Source: Halocafeteria seosinensis
Lineage: Eukaryota
Assembly: GCA_001687465.1 (NCBI GenBank)
Contig: LVLI01000583.1
Location: forward strand, 1 to 51,357
Direction: 5' to 3'
DNA: 51,357 bases
The position numbers and the translations under genes were made by a program. The notes beneath the pieces were generated by a model. The model was given only the letters and a program-made list of their open reading frames with translations. It was not told where the DNA came from and made no database searches. Positions 24,500 through 35,329 of the stretch are shown one piece after another. The first letter of the stretch is position 1. The number at the start of each line of letters is the position of its first letter.

Positions 24500-27118
24500 A
24501 TGAGCGCGAAGCCACCCCAGCAGCACCACCACCACCAGCAGCAGCGGTGCGCGGGGACCAAGGAGCTAACACAACTGTCCTCTCTGGCACTAGCAAGCGA
24601 TACGACCTCCTCAACATCGTTCTCTCAAAATCCGGGGTCATGCGAGCAGCCGAGTTACGAGAGTCCTGGAAAGGCATGCAGCCAAAGACTTCGCAGTCTC
24701 CCAGAGGAAGACGATTCCGACGAACCCGTGGCGTATTGCGTGGTGTCCAATCTTCAACAGCACCACCAAGAAGGACTCGAGAGCAAAGAAGTAAGCCAAG
24801 CGACCTCTTCTTCGTGTCGCTCGGAACAGGCCTCGGGAACGGCATCCAGCCTCGTGTATTCGAACAGTCGCTATCAAAGCCCCTTCCAGGCAGTCGAGGC
24901 GCAGGCCCAACGAATACCTTGGGCTCAATCAGTATCTAGAAAATCCCCATTCAGGAAAGCACCCCAGCAACAGAAGACAAAGAAGTCTACAGTGTCACCG
25001 GAGGTGGACACGACTAGCTCCAAGGACGCTACCAGCACGGACACGAAAGATAGCAGGCAGCAACACTCGCTGGAAAGCGAGGAAGTGGATTGGGCGGATG
25101 TCGTTGACAGTTGGGAGGATGAACCTCACGACTTTTATCTGGAGTCGTCTGCCTTAATTTCAGGTGACTATCCATCGTTTCAAATTCGAAATTCAGCTGG
25201 GCTCCCAATGCTGGGGAAAGGGCGGAAGGCGTTGGATATTAATTCCACGAAGAGCGATGTAGCCGCCGAGCATTCCGGGAAACGAGCTACTTGTAGCGAA
25301 TTTGTAAAGTTTGAACTGTTTGCACTTGTGTTTGCAACAGTATTTGGTCTTGCCATTGCGGCATTGCCCAGTGATGTTATTCACAGCGGGTTTCGGAATG
25401 TTCAATTCCGGATGCTGCTTCCGTGGGTAAGTTCGCACGATATTACCACAACGGCAACTCTGAAGACTATCATTAACATCGTTGCTGATGTTTTGCAGTA
25501 TATTGTCCTTTTCTGTGTTCACTGGATAGCAACGCTGACAATGATCCTGTTTAGTGCTGCACCCTATCTGCAGCGCGGTGAATCTCTTCCTCGGATGTTC
25601 ATTCTCAAAGTCCTCTGCCTTACTGCAGTGGTAGCCATACTCGTGGAGGATGTTATTCTTCGTGCATTTGATGCCTTTACGTATCCATTCTTCTCCTTTG
25701 GTGTGGGATCGTCGCTTTGTTTTATTTCTGCTGTTTACGTCTCCTGGAAACAATGCAAGGTTTTCTATGATTCAGATTTTGCTGACCTCCACCGGTCTGC
25801 AGACACGTTCCGCTTTGTGCAATGCAGAACTTGGTCCCCCCTTTTTCGTCGAAGATTTGCGACGATGTTGCTCGTTTCACTATGCGCATTTACCTACTAC
25901 ATAGTATGCGGGGTCTTTCTGCTCATCTTTGTGACCCTGGCAAAGGATTCTGTTATGGGCCAGCTGGGAATCGGCTTACTGTTCACAGCCGTGACGGCTG
26001 CGTATCGGGCGTTTTCGATAAGGGCGGTCTACCATTGGGGCAAATTAGGTCGCTGGCCGATGCTATGCGAGCTTGTACTACCTCGTTGTTGTTTCCGGAC
26101 AGGTTGTTCCTGTATTCGGAGGTCCAACAATGTTAGTCCTTCAAGAAATGCCGGTAGAGGAGCGAACAGTCCGGAGGAGAGCGAAGGGGTCGTGGATCAG
26201 AGGCTTAACCAGGGAATCTTCATCTTCCTCTTGTATTGGTATACTTTCATGAGCGAACTCTATGTCCTTTACATAACCCCCGACGTGGTAAATGCAGCGG
26301 TATATTTTATCGTTTTAGCGGCAGAAGTATTCGCACACTTATATCCGACTTTTTTCTGGACATTTGAGAAGCTCCAGCCGTATGTCCCTGGCACCCCAGC
26401 GTTTCAGCAGACGGTCCGCAAGCTGTTTTGGAAGTGTGCGTCTAAAGCGACGTTACGGAGAACGAATGCTGCTAAAAAGCTCAATTCACGGGCGAACCAA
26501 ACTTCGCCACGCAGAAAACGGAGGACAAGTTTTTGTGTAACAACGGATTTCGAAGATGTAGTCGACGTTAGTGCAACTTCAGAGAATGCAGAAAGTTCTT
26601 TAACTTCTGAGAAGAGTAAAGATCTTTACCTTGGTTCTGCTGTCTCTGTTAGATCTGGCATTGGCAAACGTCATGGGCAAGGAGCAGGCGCGAGAGCTCC
26701 CGCATTGGACGATTGGATGGTCTACAAAACGCGCCGACTGTTCCTCAGCATGATGGCATTGACGAATGCAACAATCATGTTTCTTGTTTTCTTTAGTTTT
26801 TACAATTTTGGAAACAATCGAGATACTAATCCGTTCGTGGTTGGCGACGCGATATATACTCGGTCCATGATACTGGCAGCGGTGAGCACTGCAGTATATC
26901 TGGTTGTTCATCTTTTATCAGAATGTCGAATCCGTTCAAAGTATCAGGGGAGCTCAATGACCATCATAGGACTTCAGTTCTTTGAGTCTTCTACTACGTA
27001 TTACTTGCTGGTATGGATAACAGCAACCGTGACTACACTTCTCAACATCACGTTTTTCTCAGCTCCGTTTAGGGCTTACAAAGCTGTAGCTCCGGGAGAA
27101 TACAAGCAAGCACCTTAA
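24500..27118 (+). CDS. Multi-pass (~11 TM) membrane protein of unknown family, paralog B
   Basis: 872-aa ORF containing a stop-free 72-nt intron (25427-25498) at the same position as in paralog A. Shared motifs FMSELYxLYITPDVVNAA, VPGTxAFQ and YNFGNNRxxNP. Confidence 0.85.
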   Translation: MSAKPPQQHHHHQQQRCAGTKELTQLSSLALASDTTSSTSFSQNPGSCEQPSYESPGKACSQRLRSLPEEDDSDEPVAYCVVSNLQQHHQEGLESKEVSQATSSSCRSEQASGTASSLVYSNSRYQSPFQAVEAQAQRIPWAQSVSRKSPFRKAPQQQKTKKSTVSPEVDTTSSKDATSTDTKDSRQQHSLESEEVDWADVVDSWEDEPHDFYLESSALISGDYPSFQIRNSAGLPMLGKGRKALDINSTKSDVAAEHSGKRATCSEFVKFELFALVFATVFGLAIAALPSDVIHSGFRNVQFRMLLPWVSSHDITTTATLKTIINIVADVLQYIVLFCVHWIATLTMILFSAAPYLQRGESLPRMFILKVLCLTAVVAILVEDVILRAFDAFTYPFFSFGVGSSLCFISAVYVSWKQCKVFYDSDFADLHRSADTFRFVQCRTWSPLFRRRFATMLLVSLCAFTYYIVCGVFLLIFVTLAKDSVMGQLGIGLLFTAVTAAYRAFSIRAVYHWGKLGRWPMLCELVLPRCCFRTGCSCIRRSNNVSPSRNAGRGANSPEESEGVVDQRLNQGIFIFLLYWYTFMSELYVLYITPDVVNAAVYFIVLAAEVFAHLYPTFFWTFEKLQPYVPGTPAFQQTVRKLFWKCASKATLRRTNAAKKLNSRANQTSPRRKRRTSFCVTTDFEDVVDVSATSENAESSLTSEKSKDLYLGSAVSVRSGIGKRHGQGAGARAPALDDWMVYKTRRLFLSMMALTNATIMFLVFFSFYNFGNNRDTNPFVVGDAIYTRSMILAAVSTAVYLVVHLLSECRIRSKYQGSSMTIIGLQFFESSTTYYLLVWITATVTTLLNITFFSAPFRAYKAVAPGEYKQAP

Positions 27119-27257
27119 AAGAAGCTGTGTAAGGATGTCCAATTTAATGTCGTGTATAGCCTGGTATAGAGGTAAGGAAAATGTTGCAGTATTGTATGGT
27201 TGTCGTCCAAACAATCTCACAAACGCAATGTAAAAAGAACCAATACACTATCGCTGC

Positions 27258-28734
27258 CTATTCTATCCCTGCCCATTCCGCTAACCCGATGCACCACTCA
27301 TAGACGAGAAATATGACGGCAGAGGCCGGAAAGCCCCGGATGCACGTTGGGACAAACCCACGGAACAGAAACCTAGGCCCTTGGTCTTCGAGATGCTGCC
27401 GGAAGATATAGGATAGTTTCCTTTTCTCTCCAGTGGAGACATCAGGGGTGCTTTGCACGAGAGTCTTCAGGACATCTAGAGGATGTGTACAAGCCCAGGA
27501 CGCAGTGCCTGCTAGGCCACCGCACAGCATAATTTCAAGTGAGTTTGTGGAGTCCGTATAACTTCCTGACGCCTCTCCTTCCGCATTCCTGCGTTGTTGA
27601 CCCTCATGGAACTCTTTAAATTTTTGAATAAGTTTATGATAGACCCAGAAGTATACTCCGAACGCCGGCTGCATACGTATAGAGCAAGGAGTCACCGCAG
27701 CCTCAACGCGTTCCAGCAGCAACGAAACATCAACTTACAGTATCTCTCAGCGTTGTCAAAGCGAATCCGCGGTATAATCCAGGAAATCCTCGCTTGCTAA
27801 TCACATAACGGATACAACTTCCAGGACCCGTATACAGAGGTCTTTGCGAGTTCCTTTCAATTTGCAATCTAATTTTTATCAACTCTGCACACCTCCACAT
27901 AGTGACTCCACCCAAGTCCAAAATCCTGGTCTTTATGAACCAGTCGGTTTATTTTGTTCTACATACCTGCTGGGCACGAGACCAAAACTTGAGCTAGCCC
28001 AGATATCGATCCTGCACACGAAACAAAAAGAACGCAGTATCATATCAAAAGAGTGGCTTAACTTTTTGTTGCATGTATATATGAGCTTCCTCAAACAGGT
28101 TCCACTCACCTGCAAGAAAGTTTCTACCATCTATGGATAGCGTTTTTTGCCACTCTTCCGAGGACAGTACTTTATTCGTGTAATGTTCCACTGGGAATAA
28201 AATCGCGTTAATCGGTGCATTGGCCACGATCGGAGATGCCATTCCCTGTGAGCAGTAAAAGACATATCCGAATCAGGTCTAACAACAAAATATTGACGCC
28301 ACAAACCAAACTGTGGTTATGGAAGGTACCTTGAATAAAGCGCGCACTCCTTCTTCCTGGACCGTCCGGATGGCGCAGTGCATGGGTCCTCGATACAATC
28401 GTTCCAGTCCATACGACTGTGTCTGGAGCCGTACTTTGACGCTGCAAGAATCAAGGATCGTTCACTCACTCACTCACTCAGTTTGCTCAGAGGAAGGGGC
28501 TTGCTTGGTTGCTTACGTATCGAAAGGTTGTCCAGCCACGATTCCAGCGGCGCCAGCGACAGCTCCTGAAAGGGTTCGGAGGACTGTCTGTGTCGTTGTC
28601 GGTTTCGGTTCCACCTCGTCGTACATATCCGGTTGACTGTGGAACTGATGCTCCTGCAGCTGTGGCTCATGGTGCTGGAGACCACTGCTACTGGTCGTCT
28701 GCTGCTGAGACGACGAAGGCTGTTGTTCTGGCAT
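27258..28734 (-). CDS. Mitochondrial carrier (SLC25), probably amino-acid/(acyl)carnitine subfamily
   Basis: Six exons (28734-28517, 28441-28330, 28245-28110, 28011-27967, 27884-27739, 27668-27258). Three Px[DE]xx[KR] motifs: QPFDTVKVR, CPAELIKIR, HPLDVLKT. An R-D pair (LRDT) sits at contact point II. Confidence 0.92.
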
Positions 28735-29434
28735 CCGATCCAATCCGGTCTCTCTCTTTCGAACAATGCGCTTTACAGTCACTACACTACACTACACTAC
28801 ACTAGTGGGTTGCAGAGAACACACTGGCAACAGTCTCTCTCTTTCTCTCTGTATGTCTGTATGTTGTGTGTGTGTCCAGTCAAGTCAGTCCACACAGGCA
28901 AGTTGCGAACACCACCACGCGGAACTGCACTTGACATAGATACAGAGAGACCCCCCTCACCACAGATCAAATATGAAGTCAAATTCTCTCTGTACACTGC
29001 AGACCCAGAATGGAAACTACAATCACTATGGACTCGATCAACCCAAACAATGACCTCCATGGCTCCCGGCTTCCGGTCCTTCCTTCCTTCGGAGGGAGTT
29101 GGCTGGGCCCGGGGCAGATCCAGTCCAGTCCAGTTCAGGACGGAAGGAAGGCTTGCTTCTCCCACCGCTCCTATGTATCCAAGTGTGCAGGAGCACGACT
29201 GTCATTGGTTAAGTATTGTCGTGTACAATTAGCTGTGAGAGAGGGGTCTTTTGGTGAAAAGAATGCAGGGAATGTAATGAAGACTGGCTGTGAACGTGGG
29301 AAATTACGGGCCAGATACACAGGCAGCAGAAGCACTAGCATAGTACATGGTCTGTTGTCCTTTTTTTTTCTCTCTCTCTGAGTCGGGCAAAGCCCAACGG
29401 GGCTGAGCTGAGCTGAGTTGAGCCGCGCTGAGCC
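28735..29434. promoter_or_regulatory. Divergent intergenic region between the carrier and AROM, rich in short microsatellites
   Basis: Head-to-head start codons 700 bp apart. (ACTAC)4-5 at ~28780-28804, (TCCAG)3 at ~29119, (GCTGA)n at ~29402-29433, CCTT/GGAA tracts. Confidence 0.5.
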
Positions 29435-32400
29435 ATGAATGATGGGGGCAGAGACCAGGAAGCCGAGTTAAAGTCCAACTCCGGGGACCGACACAGTTAT
29501 CAGAGCAATAAGCGACGCACGGAGACGGTGTTCCATAGGAATTCTAAGGATCAACCGAGCAGCATGAGTGAGGTTGTTATCGGGCATGGAATTGTACTCT
29601 CCGAACTCAAAGTACGTACGGCACCCGCACAAGAATTGTGATCCATTACTTGCTTGTTTGCTCGATCGAACACTCTCTACCCACAAATTTTATGCAGAAG
29701 TTTTTCAATGAGCAGAGGGTGACAATAAGCCATGTCATCATCATATCTGATACCAACGTGCGACAATGTCACCCGGATCTGATGGACGAAGAGATTCCAA
29801 ATGCGATATTGTCTCAATTCTCAGCTTTGTCTTGTACACCCAAAGAGGGACATGAGGAAGCAAAGCAGAACAAGCCCATTGATATGCCGCCAGTGACGAC
29901 GACAGAATCAACAGAAAGAAGGCCACCAAACCTTTTGCAGTACTCTATTTTACCAGGGGAAGCCAGTAAAACCCGGAAGGTCAAAGCAGAAATTGAAGAC
30001 TTTATGCTCCAGTCAAAGTAAGTGATGGGGTCTTGCAGGGTTCTTCTGTACGGACGGTGTGCCGAAATCTTGCCATCTGTTCGTTCACAAGCATCAAATG
30101 TCAACGTCCCTATGTGCTTTGCCTACAGGTGCTCTCGAAACACCGTAGTGGTCGGTATCGGCGGCGGCGTCGTAGGTGACTTAAGTGGTTTCGTGGCGGC
30201 GACCTACATGCGTGGCGTACCATTCGTTTTACTTCCGACCACTGTAATGGCAATGGCAGACTCCTCCATAGGAGGTAAAACAGGAGTCAATACCCCTCAT
30301 GGGAAAAACCTCATTGGCGCGTTTCATCACCCCAGGCTAATCATTACTGACATTCAATTCCTTGCTACGCTTTCTGCGCGACATGTCAGCAACGGAATGG
30401 CAGAAATAATCAAAATGGGGTTCTTGAGGAAACCTCAGATTATCAAAATACTCGAAACCTACGGGATCGATATTATTAGAGAGCCGATGCAACTCATGAA
30501 CGTCATCACTTTAGCAGTCCAAGAGAAGCAGAGCATTGTGGCTGGAGATGCAAAGGAGCGAGGTCTCAGAGCTATTCTCAATTTCGGTCACACCCTAGGT
30601 CACGGAATTGAAGCCCTCACTAGCACCCAGCTGTTTCATGGAGAGTGTGTATCCATCGGCATGGCATCTGAATGTGAAATGGCTTGCTATTGTGGTATTA
30701 CGCCCACAGTTCTGTATTCAAGAATAATTCATCTCTTGAAGCGATTTAACTTGCCGACTGAGCTGGATATTCGGGTTTCCCAGCGGCGATTGTTGCAACA
30801 CATTGCTGTGGACAAGAAATCCAGTGGAAAAGACGACGAAACAACAAATGGTAAGTTGGCCATGAGTGCGGGATTGTGTGCGACTCGTACTGTTGCGAGG
30901 ATTTGGCGTATTTACAGGGGTTACTGTGCCTATCGTATGCCTTGCAAGTGTAGGAAGGGTAGCTACAAGAGAGGCTCTCAACAAAACGGAGTATATCCAC
31001 TATTTTTCCGAAAGATTGGCGGTGATGTGTTTAGATAATGCAATCACTATTGGAGGCAGTGCTAGTACCGTGCTGGCTGAAGGTGGAAAACTCATGGTCG
31101 ATAATTTCCCGTCGAGCAAGAGCTTGTGCAACCGTGCTCTACTTCTGGCCGCTTTAAGTGGGTACGCCATGGAAATCGATAATTTTCTTATTAGTGACGA
31201 CACAATGGCTCTGATTGGATGTTTAAGAAAACTTGGCTATGTCATTGAACTGGAGTTTACCAAGTCTGAAGAGTGTACTTTAAGGGTGACCGGCAGGAAG
31301 ACTGGGTATGACTCCGCTTCCAATGAAATACACCTTGACGTGCAAAACTCTGGAACGACGGCGAGATTTATAACAGCTGCAAGCGTTATCTTACTTCAGG
31401 ACGGTGTTAGCGCTCGGATAGATGGCAATTCGTACATGCGGAAACGACCAATTTGGCCACTGGTGGATGCTTTGAATTCCATTTTTGAAACAGAGGATCA
31501 TGCGGTACCGATTGAATACCTAGGAGATGTCGGTAAATTGCCTGTACGAATTAGGCGGGGACGAATGTCTAGTACGAGGTGGTGCATTGATAGCTCACTG
31601 AGTAGCCAATACGTAAGCGCCATGGTTATGATTGCTCCCCATTTTGAGCAGGACATTACCGTCTCTCTTACCGGAGAAAGTGTCACTAGTCGACCATTTA
31701 TTGATATGACCATCCAACTGATGAAACAGCTTGGCTTTGACGGAATATCTCAAGCTCAGCCACGAACTATATGCTGGGAAGCCACCAAGCCCTTTGCCCC
31801 ACCAAAACGGTATCGTGTAGAATCAGATTTCACGGCGGCATCGTATCCCGTTTCTTGGGCGGTAATCGCAGGGAAAACGATTGAATCTAGCACGCTAAAC
31901 AGACGGTCGCTTCAAGGAGATGCAGCGTTTCTAGATTTGCCTTCTCGGTTTGGATACCGCGTGATGCGGGAAAATGGGTGCCTTTCAATAGCGCCAACAA
32001 CATTCATCAGTGTTCAGATCAATAGTGGCAAATGTGTGAAGATACCGTACATAAAAGCAATCGATGTAGATATGAACGAGATGACCGACTGCTTTCTTAG
32101 CATGGTCTCCATTGCAGTGTTTGCTCACGGGACGACATATATACGAGGAATCGCAAATCAGCGCATCAAAGAATGCGATCGAATAGCTCAAATGATTATC
32201 GAGCTTCAAAAGCTTGGGGTAGAAGCATGGCAATTGGATGATGGCATAGCTGTTACCGGCTTGGTTCAGAATAAGGCTGGATACTGGACTGTTGAATTTG
32301 ATGCCAGGCCAACACTTGTAGATCCAGCAGATGACCACCGAATAGCTATGGCATTTTCGCTTTTGGCAGCTTCACCTATCTGTAGCGCTAGGGGCGTAAG

Positions 32401-34753
32401 CATTAGCATTGGAAGACGGCACTGCGTTAACAAAACATTTCCCGGATATTGGCCCTATATGGGAAACGTTCTGGACGCTAGTACTTCTGCTTACAACATC
32501 GATTCTGTTGGTGGAAGAAGCTTGGAATCTGTGTATTCCGAAAAAACTTATGTTCGGGATATTGTTTTGATTGGCTTCCGTGGAGTTGGGAAGTCAACTC
32601 TAGCAAGGTTTCTCGCCATGTGGTTTGGGGCCGAACGAGTAGATATTGATGATGATATTTGTCACAATTTCGGGATGGAGAAGTGTGAAGATATAATATC
32701 TGCGTTTGGTTGGGGTAAGTTTCGAGAGTGTGAAACTTCGTCTCTCTTAAAACGCTTGGATGAATCGGGCTTATCAAGTTTGAGAGTGATCTCTTGCGGT
32801 GGAGGAATAATCGAAGAAGAAAGAGCCCGAGAGGCCCTGAAGCTTGCTTCTGACGCCATAGTACTCTGGCTACAGAGGCCACTGGAGGAGTGTATTGACA
32901 CTGTACTCTCCCGTTCTTCGACTGCAACAGCTGAGCAACTTAAAGAGCTATACTATCGACGGAAGCAGTGGTATCACCAGTGTGCAACACTTTCCTTTTA
33001 TTGCTCGTCTGCTGCCTCGCTTCAAGAGGTCGAGTTTCTCTTTGTGCAATTTGTCTCACGAGTATTATGTAGATCACTGGGAAGGCGCTGGTTCCAGGAA
33101 GCGGCGTTTGGGCCTTTATCGGGACCACTGAAACCAGGGTTGTGGTCTAAGTTCGTTTGCGTAAATTTATCTGACGTTCGGTACAAGACAGATCCCGCGT
33201 TCTGGAGAATGATTTGTCAGGGGTCAGATGTTGTGGAACTACGTGTCGACGAATTCGTATCGCTTGACACGGAGTTTATACAAGAGCAAATTTGGCATAT
33301 GAGACGTATGCTACCATCACATATGAGTTTGATGTTCACAGTTCGAACTTCCGGGGAAGGTGGTAACGTTGCTTTGTCAAGAGACCAGTATGTGGCTCTT
33401 CTTCACCTTGGTATTCGTTGTGGATGCGATCTCGTTGATATTGAATCGTGGCTGTCAGGCACTATACTAACTAGTGTTCTAGCGACATGCAAACGTACGG
33501 GTTGCTATTCCGTTCTGTCTAAGCATGTATTAGATCCTCTGCAAATCAATGATGCTACCGTGCGAGAGTTCGTACTTCCTCTCTGCCAGTGGCGACCAGA
33601 CTATGTCAAATTCATTCCTGTTGTGAACTCTCAGGAAGATGCTCTGGCCTTGTCTAGCTGTTCGAGGAGACTGCGGAAGTATGTGGTCGACCAGTTCAAC
33701 GTCGACCTTATATGTTTCGGCATGGGTGACAGCGGTAAAATTTCGCGAGTATACAATGAGTGTCTAACTCCCGTTACTCACGACTACCTTACGCGAGCGG
33801 CTGCTCCTGGTCAGTTATCTGCGTATAGTATCAATCAAATGCGGCGCCAGCTTTGTATCATTGACTCTAAGCAATACAGCCTGTACGGGAAGGATATATC
33901 ATCGTCTTTTTCACCGGTGTTACAAAACTCAGGGCTTAACTACCTGCTTGAGTCCCCTAACTATACGATCATTGAGTGTGAGTCTTCCTTGGAATTTATC
34001 GAGGAAGCAAAACATATGTACCGTCTCGGAGGGGCCAATGTAACGGCACCATACAAGCACGACGCAATCGCTCTTGTAGAGTCTTTATCCTACCCTGCGA
34101 ATTCGATTGGAGCTGTTAACACTATCCTAAGGCAATGCGATAATGGCACTGTGAGGTTAAGAGGTGACAATACTGATTGGTTAGGTATTGCGGGTCCCGT
34201 ATACCAGAGGCTCGCTTGGATAGGAAGCGTCAATGCGTCAGCCATAAGTGGCATCGTAATAGGAGCAGGAGGTGCTTCGCGTGCTGCCATATTTGCGTTG
34301 CTCAAACTGGGATGTCGTGTCACTGTCGTCAATCGGACGATATCAAAGGCTCAACGTCTAGCGGAAGAATTCAATATTGACTACGCTGACACACCAGAGT
34401 CCCTCGTTCAGTCGGAAGGGTGCAATGGTCCCCAGGTTATCGTGAACACGCTTCCTGGCGATTGCTCTCTTGAGTTGCCCATGGATGTTTTCAAAATGAG
34501 CGTCAATACAATTGCAATGGATGTTAGCTATCGCCCATGTGTAACTTCTTTTCTGTCACAGGCTATCGACAATGGCGCTATTATCATTACGGGGGTTGAA
34601 ATGCTCTACTGTCAAGGAGTTTGCTCGTTTGAGCGATGGTTGGAACGCACTGCCCCTGCCGGCATTATGCTTGAGGCACTATATGAGGAATACTCCCGTT
34701 TAGAGCCTCAAGTTCTGCAACTATGGAGGCCTCAATCATTGTTGTCATCCTAA
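29435..34753 (+). CDS. ARO1: Pentafunctional AROM polypeptide (DHQ synthase - EPSP synthase - shikimate kinase - type I DHQase - shikimate dehydrogenase)
   Basis: Introns 29612-29697, 30018-30128 and 30851-30917 give one frame. DHQS: GGGVVGD, LNFGHTLGH, HGECV. EPSPS: SKSLCNRAL, NSGTTARF, KECDRI, DDHRIAM. SK: GFRGVGKS, GGGII. DHQase: VELRVD, RTSGEGG, AAPGQ. SDH: NVTAPYK, NTDWLG, GAGGASR. Confidence 0.96.
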
Positions 34754-35329
34754 CAGAGCTTGTTCAAAAACGGGTAAACACAAGGTTGCAATACACACTT
34801 CTCGTGTTTATGTTAGTACCACTTGTCTGGACTCTAACCTAGCCTCCAGGAGCTGAGAGCACGAGAGAATGACCGACGCAGAACAAAATAACCTGATGCA
34901 GTGTGTTCTCGTTTACTCTATAATTTAAAAGTAGGGTCGACGTATGCGCTGTCATCAAGTCTTGCACTGTGTAACACAGCACTTTGTTGTTCCCGCGAAC
35001 TGGCTTCAACAGCGGAGGCACTGACTACCACCATGAGCTGAAGTGGGACTTACTCTCAGATGCTGACGTAGACTTGTCAAAAGTTGTACCAGCAATTGAT
35101 ACACACGCATACATCTGCGTATACGTACTCTAGTCCCAATTTGTCATATGCTGCTCTGAATTGTGGACAGACGTTGTCTTCCGACAAAGACAGTAGGGAG
35201 GGGAATGCATGCATATGAATACATTCGACCTCATGTGTCTAGTACTCCCAAAGCATATATTAATTTGAGCTATTTTCCCCCGAGTAAATGCGGATGTTAA
35301 CTAGAAGCTAGAGTCGTGTTCGATAAACG

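Noticed and set aside
28780..29433. Short repeats as a CRISPR or telomere-like array
   Set aside because: These are pentamer microsatellites with no spacers, in a eukaryotic intergenic region.
30851..30917. Apparent frameshift or 16-nt micro-intron between DHQS and EPSPS
   Set aside because: A normal 67-nt GT-AG intron (acceptor TTTACAG) restores the frame.
31340..31372. EPSPS NSGTTARF as a glyphosate-resistance variant
   Set aside because: The R-F ending is normal for AROM-type EPSPS, and the catalytic Gly-Thr is retained.
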